Shown here piece by piece: positions 24,685 to 37,394 of a stretch of DNA of 64,000 bases. The position numbers were made by a program, and so were the translations under genes. Position 1 is the stretch's first letter; every line of letters starts with the position of its first letter. The notes below the pieces were generated by a model that did not search any database, was not told the origin of the DNA, and worked only from the letters and a program-made list of their open reading frames with translations. Source of the DNA: Octopus vulgaris (taxonomy: Eukaryota); the NCBI GenBank assembly GCA_951406725.2, contig OX597832.1, positions 34,782,001 to 34,846,000 of the forward strand, written 5' to 3'.

Positions 24685-25060
24685 TCATACATGAAAACCC
24701 CACTAGAATGGGAGAAAGCGCTAATGATCTAAATGATATGATATATATGTAAAAACTGTAATATATAAATAAATATCTGTAAATATAAACCATCCGATCT
24801 TCTGATTACTTCATTTCATCCAATATAGATATATATATATATATTTATATATATGTATATGTTAGAAGGTTTGGAGATGATGTATAGGTATTTTATATTA
24901 GAAGAAATGAGGTACTCAGAAATTTGGATGGTTTTATATTTACATATATTTATTTGAATATTACATGTTTTTATACATCATATATAACTTTTATCATATA
25001 TCATATATTAGCGCTTTCGTCCATTCAGGTGGATTTTTCAAATTACGTCCATTCTAGTGG
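24685..25060. repeat. Tail-to-tail inverted pair of Penelope-like terminal repeats with degenerate hammerhead motifs
   Basis: About 24690-24830 matches the reverse complement of about 24890-25050. Each arm has cca-loop-tgg followed by GAAAGCGCTA. Confidence 0.55.
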
Positions 25061-25099
25061 ATTTTTAAAATTTCCTGTGGAAAAATTTGGCCATTTTAA

Positions 25100-25630
25100 A
25101 GTGTTATTGAGTGTGTAGTGGTGGGGAGGGATATAAGAGAGTACAAGAGGGTGATAAATGGGGAGAAAGTGAGAGAGAGAGTGTGTGTGTGTGTTTTTGT
25201 ATCTGAAAGTAGTGTTAGAGAAAAAGAGGGGAAGGAAGAAAAGGGAGAGTGGGAAGAAGAAAAAAATGTTTTGCTGGTTTCTTTTGTAGTTAGTCAGGAT
25301 GTTCACTCCAAGGGGGGGGGGGGTCTAAGATCTTGGGGAAAAAATTTGAACATCTTATAGTGTTATTGAGTGTGTAGTGGTAGGGAGGGATATAAGAGAG
25401 TACAAGAGGGTGATGAATGGGGAGAAAGTGAGAGAGCATGTGTGTGTGTGTGTGTTTGTATCTGAAAGTAGTGTTAGAGAAAAAGAAAGGAAAGAAGAAA
25501 AGGGAGAGAAAGAAGACCATAAATTATATTTCCTTTTTATCATTGTCTTGTGAGAGAGTGTTTGTGTGTGTGTGTTTATGTGCACGCGTGTGTGGTGCGT
25601 GTGTTTGGGTTTTTGTATCTGAAAGAAATG
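25100..25630. repeat. Tandem direct duplication, about 260 bp unit
   Basis: gtgttattgagtgtgtagtgg...gagggatataagagagtacaagagggtgat at about 25101 and 25360, with a partial third copy near 25610. Confidence 0.8.
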
Positions 25631-26392
25631 TTAAGGAGGAATGGTCAAGTTGTTAAGACTAATCAATGCAAATTTTTGTTTTTATTTTTTGCAACTGTAA
25701 ATGGTTTTTGGTTTCTAGAAATTGGCCATTTCAAAAAACAATTGTCTGGATTTCTTTTTATTATTGTTTTGTGAAGGTATGTGTGTGTGTGTGTGTGGGT
25801 GGGTACCTGTGAATCTGGAAGGGGTGTCGTTGGAGAAAGGAAGAAAAAAGAAAAAGAGGAAGAAGAAATAATTGTGTTGATATTTAAACCACTATTCAGT
25901 TCTTTCAATCCAATGTTTGATTCCTGTGCTTACATTGGATGGAAAATCTGGATTACAAAAACAGGTTTGTTTTATTCACATTTTAAAAGTCAATTTGCTT
26001 TGGTGATAAACAAGAATGTAGAGTAATATACAGTGTACTAAATGCTACACTATGTTTGTTAAATTATAAATTGAAAGATTTGCCCTTCAATGTATGATGA
26101 GCAAAATTTCATAAGGTTCATACTAGAAAAAGAGACTTTCTTGTGTTGAAGTTACAGATGACAGAATACAAATTGACAAACACGGAGTATGTTGTCTGAT
26201 CTTTAATTGATTTAGTCTAATATCTCACTGATTGACAGCTAAATAAATATTAAGTTTTATCATACAGAAGCAACTTGTTCCACAATGTAAAATGGTTTCA
26301 TTCAAATATTACAATATTCTTTGTTCAATGTTGTATTTTCAAAAACCAAAAACATATGTGTCATGTAAAAAATAAAAAGATACAAAACATAC

Positions 26393-26540
26393 CTTTCCGA
26401 AGCATTGCATTCCAGAACATCTGTTGAGAAGGATAAACCCAAGTCTCGTTGGTACCAGCTTTTGGTATTGAGGATACTTCTCGATTCAATGGGAGGGGGA
26501 AGGGTTGGTCATCAGAGGGCCTTTGGTTTGGTGGTGGCAT
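26393..26540 (-). CDS. HCCS: HCCS coding exon 2
   Basis: tttcag|ATG...AAAG|gtatg, 148 nt. [49 protein letters not shown] contains the HCCS WxYPSxQMFxNAMxRKG motif. Confidence 0.96.
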
Positions 26541-26836
26541 CTGAAACAATAAAAGAGGAAATTTTTTTTAAATATGAAAATGAATAAAATAAAAAGAATT
26601 GGAAAATTCAGAAGATGAACAAAATTACTCAACATTAATAGCATCATTTTCATAAAAATATCCACAGCTAGCAATGGGATTTGAAACCCATAACTATCAT
26701 TTACCAGCTTTCTATTGAATTTCAATGATACTGGATGTTATAAGAAGCAATTTGAGAAGGAAATGAGAAGACCCATTCATGAGACTTGAACTACAGAAAA
26801 GAGAGCAAAAGGAGTATTACTATTATTACCATGATT

Positions 26837-26881
<45 letters not shown>

Positions 26882-26968
26882 AGAGTTTACGAAAAAAAAA
26901 ACAAAAGACGAAGACAGGTGGTGTACAAAACAAACAGATGTATTAGTATAACACTCAGGAATAGAAAA

Positions 26969-27008
26969 GTCTTTTACGTTTCGAGCCTACGCTCTTCTAC
27001 AGAAAGGG
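26969..27008 (-). ncRNA. Hammerhead-like motif with variant core
   Basis: ccttt CTGTAGAA GAGC gtag GCTC GAAACGTA aaaga. Stem II and the palindromic GAAACGT are typical of PLE minimal hammerheads; core A6 is replaced. Confidence 0.45.
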
Positions 27009-27062
27009 ACACAGAAAAGAAGGAGAGAAAAAAGGAAAGAAATATATATATATATATATAAA

Positions 27063-27693
27063 AATCTGTGCCATAAAATTGCTGGCACTAGGAAGGGCAG
27101 TGGAGGAGGGAGCTCTGAAAGCTGTCTACTCTCACAGAATCTACCAGAACAAACAAGACCGAATGTTCTGAGAGGGGGGAGGAGAATAATAATAATAATA
27201 ATAATAATTTTGTCTTGGTATAAAAGATGGGCTACAGCAAATATTCTGCTCAATACCACAGATTTGCTTGTCAGTTGTTTGACTTTAACCAGTTGAGCAT
27301 GTCCCTTAGTGGCTGACGATATGTGCATCTCTGATCACGAGCAGAAGTAGTGGGGGAGCATCATAGCCGTGTGTTGAGAGGGATTCTTTGGGGTTTGAAT
27401 AATTCACTTCTGGAAACATGGGTGTTTCGTTCAACATCCTTAAACAATCCTTATTCAGGGACCTTTTGAGCGGGGTGGGTTATTCGACCAGAAGAAAATT
27501 CTAACTGGGCCCCACCTGCAAGGTCATGTGCTGTTTATCTTGATATGAGATCACCATGTCGCGCACATATGGTTGTGATGCATGTGCCTGGTGTACCCTT
27601 ATCAGACGGGTATATTGGGCTTCGTATATTTTACCCCAGTGTCACTTTGATGGCATGAACTGCTCTCTCACTCAATAATAATAATAATAATAA
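27063..27693 (+). mobile_element. Two retroposon 3' fragments ending in (AAT)n
   Basis: Complex GC-richer segments 27063-27185 and 27210-27673, each followed by (AAT)n. The short RTE tail after them also ends in (AAT)n. Confidence 0.45.
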
Positions 27694-27758
27694 TGTCCAA
27701 CCCATGCTAGCATGGAAAGCGGACGTTAAATGATGAATAATAATAATAATAATAATAA

Positions 27759-27759
<1 letters not shown>

Positions 27760-27789
<30 letters not shown>

Positions 27790-28023
27790 AAGAAGAAGAA
27801 GAAGAAGAAGAAGAAGAAGAAGAAGAAGAAGAAGAAGAAGAAGAAGAAGAAGAAGAAGAAGAAGAAGAAGAAGAAGAAGAAGAAGAAGAAGAAGAAGAAG
27901 AAGAAGAAGAAGAAGAAGAAGAAGAAGAAGAAGAAGAAGAAGAAGAAGAAGAAGAAGAAGAAGAAGAAGAAGAAGAAGAAGAAGAAGAAGAAGAAGAAGA
28001 AGAAGAAGAAGAAGAAGAAGAAG
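27760..28023 (+). repeat. Pure (AAG)n tract, about 88 copies
   Basis: 264 bp uninterrupted AAG repeat. Confidence 0.98.
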
Positions 28024-28899
28024 ATGAAGAAGCTGCTGCTGCCGCCGCCAACAACAACAACAAACAGTGCACACTTGTACTACAAGTCATTAGAAAAAGG
28101 TTAAAATAGGAGACAGAAAGCAACAATGAGTCAATTAAAGAAAGACAACAATGAAATCTAAAAGTACATACACCATATCATCATATTTAACATGCACTTT
28201 CCATGATGGCATAAGTTTGAGAGGAGCTAGCAAGTCAGAGAGCTCCAATTATCAGTTTTTACATGGTTTCTACAACTGGATGCCCTTCCTAAAGCCAACC
28301 ACTTTACAGAGTGTACTGGGTGTTTTCTACGTGGCACCATCAGGGGTGATTTTCACATCGCATGAACGTGGGTGTTTTTATGACACTAACATGGGTGTTT
28401 CTTATGTAGTACCAGCACCCACAAACTCATAAGACAAGGATCTCAACAGAGGGAGGGAGCTGAACAGAAAGATTAGAGTATGATATAGGGACAAAGGTAG
28501 CCCTCTTACAAGGAAGGAGAGGAAGATGAGAGAGTTAGGAGTGATAGAGAGACAGTTAGTGAGAGAGGACCTGCTCATAGGAAACAGTGGGGGCAGTAGA
28601 AGTAGTATAGAGGGGTTAGAGGAGGGAGATGTTGCATAAGAGTGTGAGGGAAGATATTTATAGAAAGCAGAGATAGCAAGTGATGGTGAGAGGAATTGGA
28701 AGTGGCTGGAGCGGTGGGTGTATGGAAGATATATGAGGGCATGGAGAGTGTGAAGCATATGAGGAAGAGAGCAGGGGCTGCTGCAGTGGTTGGCAGGAGT
28801 TGGAGAAAATAGATTGTGGGGAAATATGATATAGAACAGAATTATGTGTGTGTGAGAGGGAAAGCATGGCCATAGAGGACATGCCTATAGACATGGATT

Positions 28900-30720
28900 G
28901 CCACATTTTTGTTTTTAGTTTGATATCTTCTCAAACCTAACTGCCAAAAGTGTTGTTCTCTTGTCATCTTCTCATTGAGACTCAACACCTGAATATCTCC
29001 TGTTACCATTACCCCATGTCTTCCTATATTCTTACCAAAATTACAGATAGTCACTTCCTCATGCAGCTGTCCTCATCGATGTGCACCACATGACCATATT
29101 ATCATAATCCTCTCTCTTGCACACTACAACTAAAGCCTTTTATACCTAATTTTTCTCTTTAAACCATTTACACTTTGTAGTACAGGTACACTGACATTAT
29201 CTATCCAGCGAAGCATTCCAGCTTCATTTCTTTGAAGCCTTCACATGTACACTGTAGTCAAAGCACACGTTTCACTGCCACATAGCACAGCTGTACATAC
29301 ATAGGCATCATAAAATCTGTCTTTCACTCTGAGGGAAAGGCCCCTTGTTACTTACAAAGGTAGTAGTTCTCTGAACTTTTCCCATCCTAGAGTTCTCTCC
29401 TCCACTGCTAACTTGGTTGCCTAGGTAATGGAAGCTATTTACTAATTCTAAGGATCACCCCAGATATCTGACGGATTCTATTCTCTGCCGCTTCTAAGTA
29501 TTTATTGCACCCACATATCAGCCATACACAAAGACTATTTTCTTTGTTAACTTTCCCCGGATACCACTGCACCACTTATGTGTCCATAGCTTGCACAAGG
29601 TACACTGTATGGAGTTTCTACCAACACCTTTTCAACACATCAAGCAGGGTCATCTCCCTCAAGGGATTAGTGATTTGTGTGTTTCTCTACTTACAAGGAC
29701 TTTGGTTATTGCTAAATTAACTCTAAGATTCCTTGGTTCCAGACCCCTCTTTCACACCTGAAAATTATTCTCTAGTTCAGGTAGTGAATCAGCTATAAGA
29801 ACAAAGTCATCAAAGTAGAGGAGCTTTCAAGAACTGCCAGTCTTAAATTCATCAATTATGGCCAAGAGGGGGCTGAGAACTGATCTCTGCTGAATTCCTA
29901 CCTGTACACTGTTATATTCATGGGCAACCTTCACCTTACCAACAGCATCCTTGTATATGACTTGTACTGTTCTCACCAAACACCCATCTATCCCTAGCTT
30001 CTACATTGATCACCGGATGATGGAGCAGAGGATGTTGTCAAAAGTTTTCTCCATGTGAACAAAAGCCAAGTACAAGTTTATTTTTGGCTAAATATTTCTG
30101 CAGTTGCCTCAACCAAGAATATAGCATCTGTTGTGCTTCTTTCTGGCAAAAATCCAAACTGCATCTCATCTACACTAACTCTCTTCTTAATTGATTGAGA
30201 TATGACCTTTTCTGTAACTTTCATCACCTGCTCCAACAATTTGATATCTTTGTAACAAGCTGCAATCAATCCAGATAGCTGGTTCCTCTGTCAGGTCCAC
30301 ATTAAGTAGAATTTTCTTCTCCCATGCATTCTCTGCACTTAGCAGACTTTCACAGTGGCATTTCCAAGCCTTTTACTCTTCAGAATCACCAACTACAAGT
30401 GAACTATCATACATGCAAACACAGTTCTCTCCTACAACATAATATTCTCTTAAACAATGTTTTGCAATTTAAAATACCACAAGTCTCTGGTCCTCATACC
30501 ACAGAACATTGGCAAACTTCTTCCTTTCTACTTCTCCCCAAGCTAAATATATATGTATCTTAGCCTCCCTTCTAGCTACCTGATATAGTTTTCTGCTACC
30601 ACCACTTTCCCAGTCCTTCCAGGCCTGCTTCTTCGCAGTGACCCTACACTGTTCCACCACCATGTCACCTTAGGCTTGGAAGGGACTTTGCACCAGTCAC
30701 AAACTTGGTCAGTGGCCCTA
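28900..30720 (-). mobile_element. Old degenerate RTE LINE
   Basis: IKLLEQVMKVTEKVI...DEMQFGFLPERSTTDAIF and further RT remnants homologous to the other RTE copies. Confidence 0.82.
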
Positions 30721-31644
30721 TATCTATGTTCTTTGTTTGAGAGGAACCAGGCAAAAGCTCCCCTTCACCTTGTTTCTTGAATGCAACAAACCCTCATACA
30801 CTGTAACACATCTAAAACAGAAAAGTGAACAGTAAAAGAACCATAAAAAGGAAAGGATGTTAATGCACATGAGTAGTATTAGTGAATCTCAGGAAGCATG
30901 GAATTTTCAAAATATGCAGTGTCCAAACAATCAACATGCTTTAACAATTCTGAGTGTGAAAATGTTTCCAAAAGTCATGGGTGCTGTTCTGGGTTCTTTC
31001 CTTTTCTCCATCTTATAAGCATGCATTTGAGTGTTAGACATAATGAAATGAGAAAGGTGGCCAAACTTGTATGGAGTAGTGTCGGTAAATTTCAGGAAGC
31101 ATGGAATTTTTGAAGGATGCAATGTCCTGACAGCTATCAACCAAGTGGAGAATTCTCAGTAAATACTGTGATACAAAGTCCAGCCATACCCACCTCACTA
31201 AAATCTGAGATTAAATGAAACTGATATGAGAAGCAGTTTCACCAGAAACAAGACAACCAGCAAAGATTATTTCCCTTGCTTCAAGTATTTGGTTATTTTC
31301 GTTATCTCATTCTACAAAACAGCATGTGTTGATATGTGATCATGTATGTGTGTGTGATATAAAAATACATGTGTGTACATGTACGTATAATGTAAACACA
31401 TATGCACACACACATTTTTATATCGATTTTACACACATGATAACAATACATACACATATTATTTTATAGATTGTAGGTAATGGACGGTGTCCATGCTGGA
31501 GCCCGCCTTTAATGGTTTTAGCTAATTATATTGATCCTTGTACTGGTTTTACTGATTTCTATTTATCAAATCAAGTTTCATTTTGATTTATAGGGTCACA
31601 AAACTGATGTACACCAATACATGCACAGACACACACACACACAC

Positions 31645-32062
31645 GTCTTTTATCTTTGACTTGTTTCAGTCATGACATTGTGCCCATGCTGGAACACCAC
31701 CTTGAAGAATTTTTAGTCAAATGAATTGCCCCCAGTACTTATTATTTTTTAGGCTTGGTACTTATTCTAATGGTCTCTTTTGCCGAACTGCTTAATTATG
31801 GGGACATAAACACACCAACATCGGCTGCCAAGCAGTAGTGGAGTACAGTTACAAAGACACACACATAAACATATATATTTTGTGTGTGTGTGTATGTATG
31901 TATATATGTATAGAATGGGCCTGTTTCAGTTTCTGTCAACCAAATCCACTCAAAAGGCTTTGGTTAGCTTGAGGCCATAGTAGAAACCACTTACCCATGG
32001 ACTGAACCTGGAAACATGTGGGTGGGAAGCCAATGTCTTACCACACAGCCATGCCTGTGCCT
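31645..32062 (-). mobile_element. tRNA-derived SINE
   Basis: Reverse-complement homologue of 52535-52925, with internal microsatellite and gactgaaacaag tail. Confidence 0.78.
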
Positions 32063-32504
32063 AAATATATATATGAAAGTAAACACTACCTCACTTGGAT
32101 ATGGGTGGGGATTGGTAACAGAAGGGCATCTAACTGTAGAAAACTTGCCACACAAACAGAACTACACACACACACACACATATATATAAACATGTATACA
32201 AACACACATATGCGCACACACATACAACAGGTTCCCATATAGTTTTCATCTATAAAATTTTCCTCACGTGATATAGACCAATCAAGGCCACAACTGAATA
32301 CTGCCTGATCAAGGAGATGTGCAGTGGGTTTGAACAGAGATCCACAAGCCACAGGGATTTATATGATTCTCATATTTTTCACAAGTTGCTACTATATATA
32401 TATATTATATTAAATTAGAGACAAAACCACTATTATGCAAATCAAACAAAGAAAGACTTAAGCCAATACATAAAATAATTTATATAATTAAATTTAATTA
32501 AAAT

Positions 32505-32559
32505 AACCACTACGATTGTTTCGTGTCAGCACTTCTATGAGACATTCTTCAGGTGGTTT
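32505..32559 (-). ncRNA. Minimal type I hammerhead ribozyme with intact core
   Basis: aaccac CTGAAGA a tgtc-loop-gaca c GAAAC aatc GTA gtggtt. Stem I is AACCAC/GTGGTT, stem II TGTC/GACA, with a short stem III and a GUA cleavage triplet. Confidence 0.72.
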
Positions 32560-32933
32560 CAAAACCTAAAATATAATCAATATTTTTAAGATATAAATAA
32601 TCTATATAATCTAAATAAAAATTTACTTATAATAAACTCTATTATGAAATATGATTATATCGAAATCGACTATAATGTTAAATATTAACTTTAATTTATA
32701 AGGTAGAAAATCCATATTCTAATATCCATTTTAGTCTATATCTACTTATATAGATATTTGAAATGACTAATATATATAAATTAAACATATCTAAAAACGT
32801 ACACAAACTCACACACACATATATATATCTATACATACACATAAACATATAGACACAGATATATTTATAAAGCAGCCCTATACTTCTACACATTACTTAT
32901 TCATACTCCCACACACACACATACAATCACTCA

Positions 32934-32978
<45 letters not shown>

Positions 32979-33450
32979 ATCCATGTACAACTATTCCAGC
33001 CTTTGCAGCCTCTTCAATATTACAAAGTTACATTAAAAACAACAAGGTGCATTTTGAAGTCCATTTTTTTCTTATGAAAGCAGGGTTTGGTCTTGCAGGA
33101 CCCATAACTGTTACCATGGTGACTTTTTTTTGAGGTTGTTGTGTAAGACAAGATCCCCGTGAATGGTACCAATGTTTTTAGCCAATTTTATGACATGCAG
33201 ACATACAGGAATATGGCATAGCCTTATCAAACTCGGCAAGACACACCACTGATTCAGACACACAACAGATATGGCTGTGAGGTTAAGAAGTTTGCTTCCT
33301 AACCACATGGCTTCTGGTTCAGTTCTACTATGTTGTACTTTGGACATGTGTCTTCTACTAAAACTCTGGAACAAGCGAAGCCTTGTTAGTGAATTCAGAA
33401 GAAACAAACTGAAAGAAGCTTGTCATATATATATATATATATATATATCA

Positions 33451-34900
33451 AAATAAGCAACTAGGATATCCCGAGTTAATGCAGTATGATCGTTTCATGT
33501 GACTCCATTTAATTGAACAATGTAATAATTTCATAACATCAAATTAAAATGTAGAGCAATCTTCAGATGCACAAAGACATAGAATTTAATTTAATTAAAT
33601 TAGAACAGAATAACATAGCATAATTTTACCTAAAATCTTTAAGAAGTTAAGGAGATAGACAAACAGCATGTTGTACCAACATCATTGTTGTAACTGAAAT
33701 TTTTCAAGAACACATTGCCTGTCACTGATTTTTCTGTTATTTTTTTTTTAACTGCCTAAATTAAAATTTAACTAATTTGTAATATGTTTCTCTCACCTAA
33801 ATGGTATATCTCCATGATAACCTTATATTTTAAACTTATTAAAATGAAATATTGTTCAATAGTTTTAGTAATTAAGTTTTTTATTCCTTTCATTTTAAAA
33901 GTTCCATCCTCTTAAATTTGGTATTTATTTTGGTTTTAAATCTATATTATACCTCTTAATTTAATATTAGTATATGGGTACCTTGTCCTTGTAACAAAAA
34001 TTATCTTTTCAACTAATACCGAGTTTCAACCCTGATTATTGTAAGCTAAATAAGTTTTTAGCTCATAAATTATTTTACATTTTCGATAAAAACTTGCTAT
34101 TAGAGTAAATAAGGTATGAATATTTTATTTATTTTATTATGGTTTTTTAGTGATTAGTCTATTTTATTCCTTTTCCATAATGCTCTACCCTAACTGATCA
34201 TTTTATTATTGTTGTTATTTTTATAGCAGCCTTAAACAAATCTAATCCTTGTACCCCAATTAATTTATACTCAGCTTATATAAGTTAATAACGATATCTC
34301 CACAACTTAAAATTAGTTCAACTTTAATTAAATCAGTATATAGTTGACATGTTCTTTAAACTCAGTGCCCCCCCCCCTATTAAATACAAGTTAAATCCAT
34401 TTGATCAATCTCCATAGAAACCTTATAATAAGTGAATATTTTAGATAAGTAATAAGTATATAAATATTAATCTATTTCTTTGCAATTTTCTTTTTCCTCC
34501 CTCTAATGTGGTAAAAAATTTTGTATATACTCAAAATATTGAAAAAAGTGGTATCTTTTTGCTAAAATTCTCATTCCCAATAATCTTGATAACCATAAAA
34601 AAAATTTATATATACAATGAAAATAAGCAACAAGGATATCCAAAGGTAATGCAGTACAATCATTTCATGCAACTCCATTTAATTGAACAATGCAATCATT
34701 ACATCAATTTAAAATGTAGAGCATCTTCAGATGCACAAAGACGTAGACTTTAATTAAATTAGAACAGATGGACACATTAGTATAATTATACCTAAATTTT
34801 CCAGGAAGTTAAGGAGATAGAAAAAGAACATGTTGTACCGACAACAGCATAGCTGTAACTAAAATTTTTAACAAGACACTGCTTGTTGCTAACTTTTTGC
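33451..34900 (-). mobile_element. Pair of about 290 bp direct repeats (Penelope pseudo-LTR-like), each carrying a hammerhead motif
   Basis: 33451-33745 and 34621-34900 are homologous. On the minus strand each reads tgca t CTGAAGA-long stem II-GAAAyGATyrTA c tgca (33480-33571 and 34650-34735). Confidence 0.65.
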
Positions 34901-35654
34901 TTTTTTATGGGGTCATTTTTAATTTAGAGACTAGTTTATCAAATCTCTTGTATATGTAAGGCTGAGAGAAACAGAGGGCAGTATTTGTTTAGAGTAGGGT
35001 TGAGGGAGTAGACAGATATTTTGGTATAATCATAAACATCTTTATTAGAAGCAATCTCATGAGGTTTAGTAAGGGAAAACTTAAAACAAAATGTTAGCTG
35101 ATAATTAAGGGGTACCCACTAACAGACTATTGATAATGAAACAGGGGAAGTCTTATCAAGTAGCACTTTAATTAAATATTTTAAAGCAATGTTGCTATAT
35201 CGTATACAGTTAAAGTTTAGGGTTATTCAAAAGATTATTAAGAATAATATTGTAACAAAAAGATAGAAATTTATGATTACTTTTCAGTATATATCAAACT
35301 TTTACCACAATAGAGATAGGAAAAGAAATTATATAGAAATAGTTTAATATTTCAACATATTGTATACTTAAATACTAACTCATCAGATGGTATCTGTGAA
35401 TATTGATTAAATGATATTTACTAGTATTAATAAAGGGGTATTTAGGTAAAAGAACATGCTAATTATAAATTTAAAAATTTTAGTGTGAGCAGATTTTTTT
35501 ATAAGTAGTAAATATATCAGCATAGCTTTATATAAGCTGAGCATGAAATTTATAGAGATACAAGACTTAGAATAATTGTATAAATAAATAAATGAAAGAT
35601 AATTATAAAATAAAATGAAATAAAATAATCAAGAGCAGAACACCATAGAAAAGG

Positions 35655-36540
35655 AATAAAAACTAGAAGTAGTTCATAGATTCCATTAAGTAGGTGACCA
35701 AGTCAGCAGTAGGGGTGGATACTCTGAGAGCATAGATGATAGAATAAGAATAGCCTGGGAAAAGTTCAAAGAGCTCCTACCTCTGCTAGTGACAAAGGGC
35801 CTCTTGCTTAGAGTAAAAGGTAGATTGTATGACACATGTGTGCGAACAGCCATGCTACATGGCAGAGAATCATGGGCCGAGACTGCTGATGACATGCGTA
35901 AGCTTGCAAGGAATGATGCTAATATGCTCCATTGGATGTGTAATGTCAGTGTGCATACATGATAAAGTGAAAGCGCCCTGAGAGAAAAGTTGGATATTAA
36001 CATCAGATGTGGTGTGCAAGAAAGCCAACTGTGCTGGTATGGTCATGTGCTGCGTATGGATGAGGACAGCTGAGTGAAAAAGTGTCATACCCTAGCAGTA
36101 GAGGGAATTTGTGGAAAAGGTAGACCGAGGAAGATCTGGGATGAAGTGGTGAAGCATGACCTTCGAAAGTTGGGCCTAATGGAGGCGATGACAAGCGACT
36201 GAGACCTTTGGAGATGTGCTGTGCTTGAGAAGACCCAGCAAGCCAAGTGAGACTGTAACCATAGCTTATGCCAGTGCAGCATAACTGGCCCCTTCAATCA
36301 TTTGGCAGAAGTCATTGTCGTGGTCCATGCCAGTGCCGCTTGACCAGCTCCCATGCCAGTGGCACATAAAAAGCACCACTACAGTCTTGGAGTGGTTAGC
36401 ATTAAGAATGGCATCCAGCTGTAGAAACTTTGCCAGCTGAGATTGGAGCCTGGTGCAGCCTTCTGACTTGACAGCCCTCAGCCAAACCGTCTGACCCATG
36501 CCAGTATGCAAAATGGACATTAAACAATGACAATGATGAT
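35655..36540 (+). mobile_element. RTE LINE 3' fragment
   Basis: KLEVV, RIRIAW, AMLHG and GRPRKIWDEVV remnants, plus 3' UTR and degenerate (GAT)n tail. Confidence 0.88.
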
Positions 36541-37163
36541 ATCTATATACATATATATTTATGTGTGTGTGTCCATGTCTGTCCCCTATTACTACTCAAC
36601 AGGTGGTGTTGATGTGATTACATCCCCAAAACTTAGCATTTTGGTAAAAGAAATTGATCGAATATTTACCAGGCTTAAGAAAAAAGTACTGGGATCGATT
36701 CCTTTGACTTATAATTCTTCAAGGCAGTGCCCCAGCATGGCAACTATCTGATGACCGAAACAAATAAAAGGCATGAGTAGGAATACATCTGTATACACAT
36801 ATATAAATGCATGTGCATTTATTCTGCATGAATGTGCATATGCATATACATGTGTATTCATATTTATATTTATAAATTTTAATGTGGCCACAACTAATGC
36901 AACGAAGATAACAATTAGGAGTTGCTTCCCTTAATCTGTTTATTAATTAGTTTATTCTGAAATCCCAGTTTTGTGTACCTTCATTGTATTCTCATTTGAG
37001 ATGGAGATGAGTACTAATGTCCCATGTGGCAAGCTTGATAATTTCTGAGAATTTTAAGCATATAAACCAATGGGAAGCTTGTTATTCAACAAATAAAGAA
37101 TATTTCTCCACAAATGTAGTGTTGAGTATGCATTCCTACAGTTTGATATTGTCGTACACACAC

Positions 37164-37194
<31 letters not shown>

Positions 37195-37394
37195 AATTGT
37201 TTCATATGAAAGTCATTCATTTCCCAAATCCTGCAAAAACGCGTCTGGCTATGGAGAAGTATTGTTGCTTTTGCTGGCAAGAGAAAGTGCATATGGACAT
37301 AGAAAATATACCTTAATAAATTCCATCTGACCTATGCAAGAATGGGAAAGTGGAAGTTAGACTGGTGATGAAAAGGAAAAAAACACAAACAAAC

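Noticed and set aside
27631-28126. Poly-K, poly-L and poly-S ORFs
   Set aside because: Artefacts of the (AAG)n and (AAT)n tracts.
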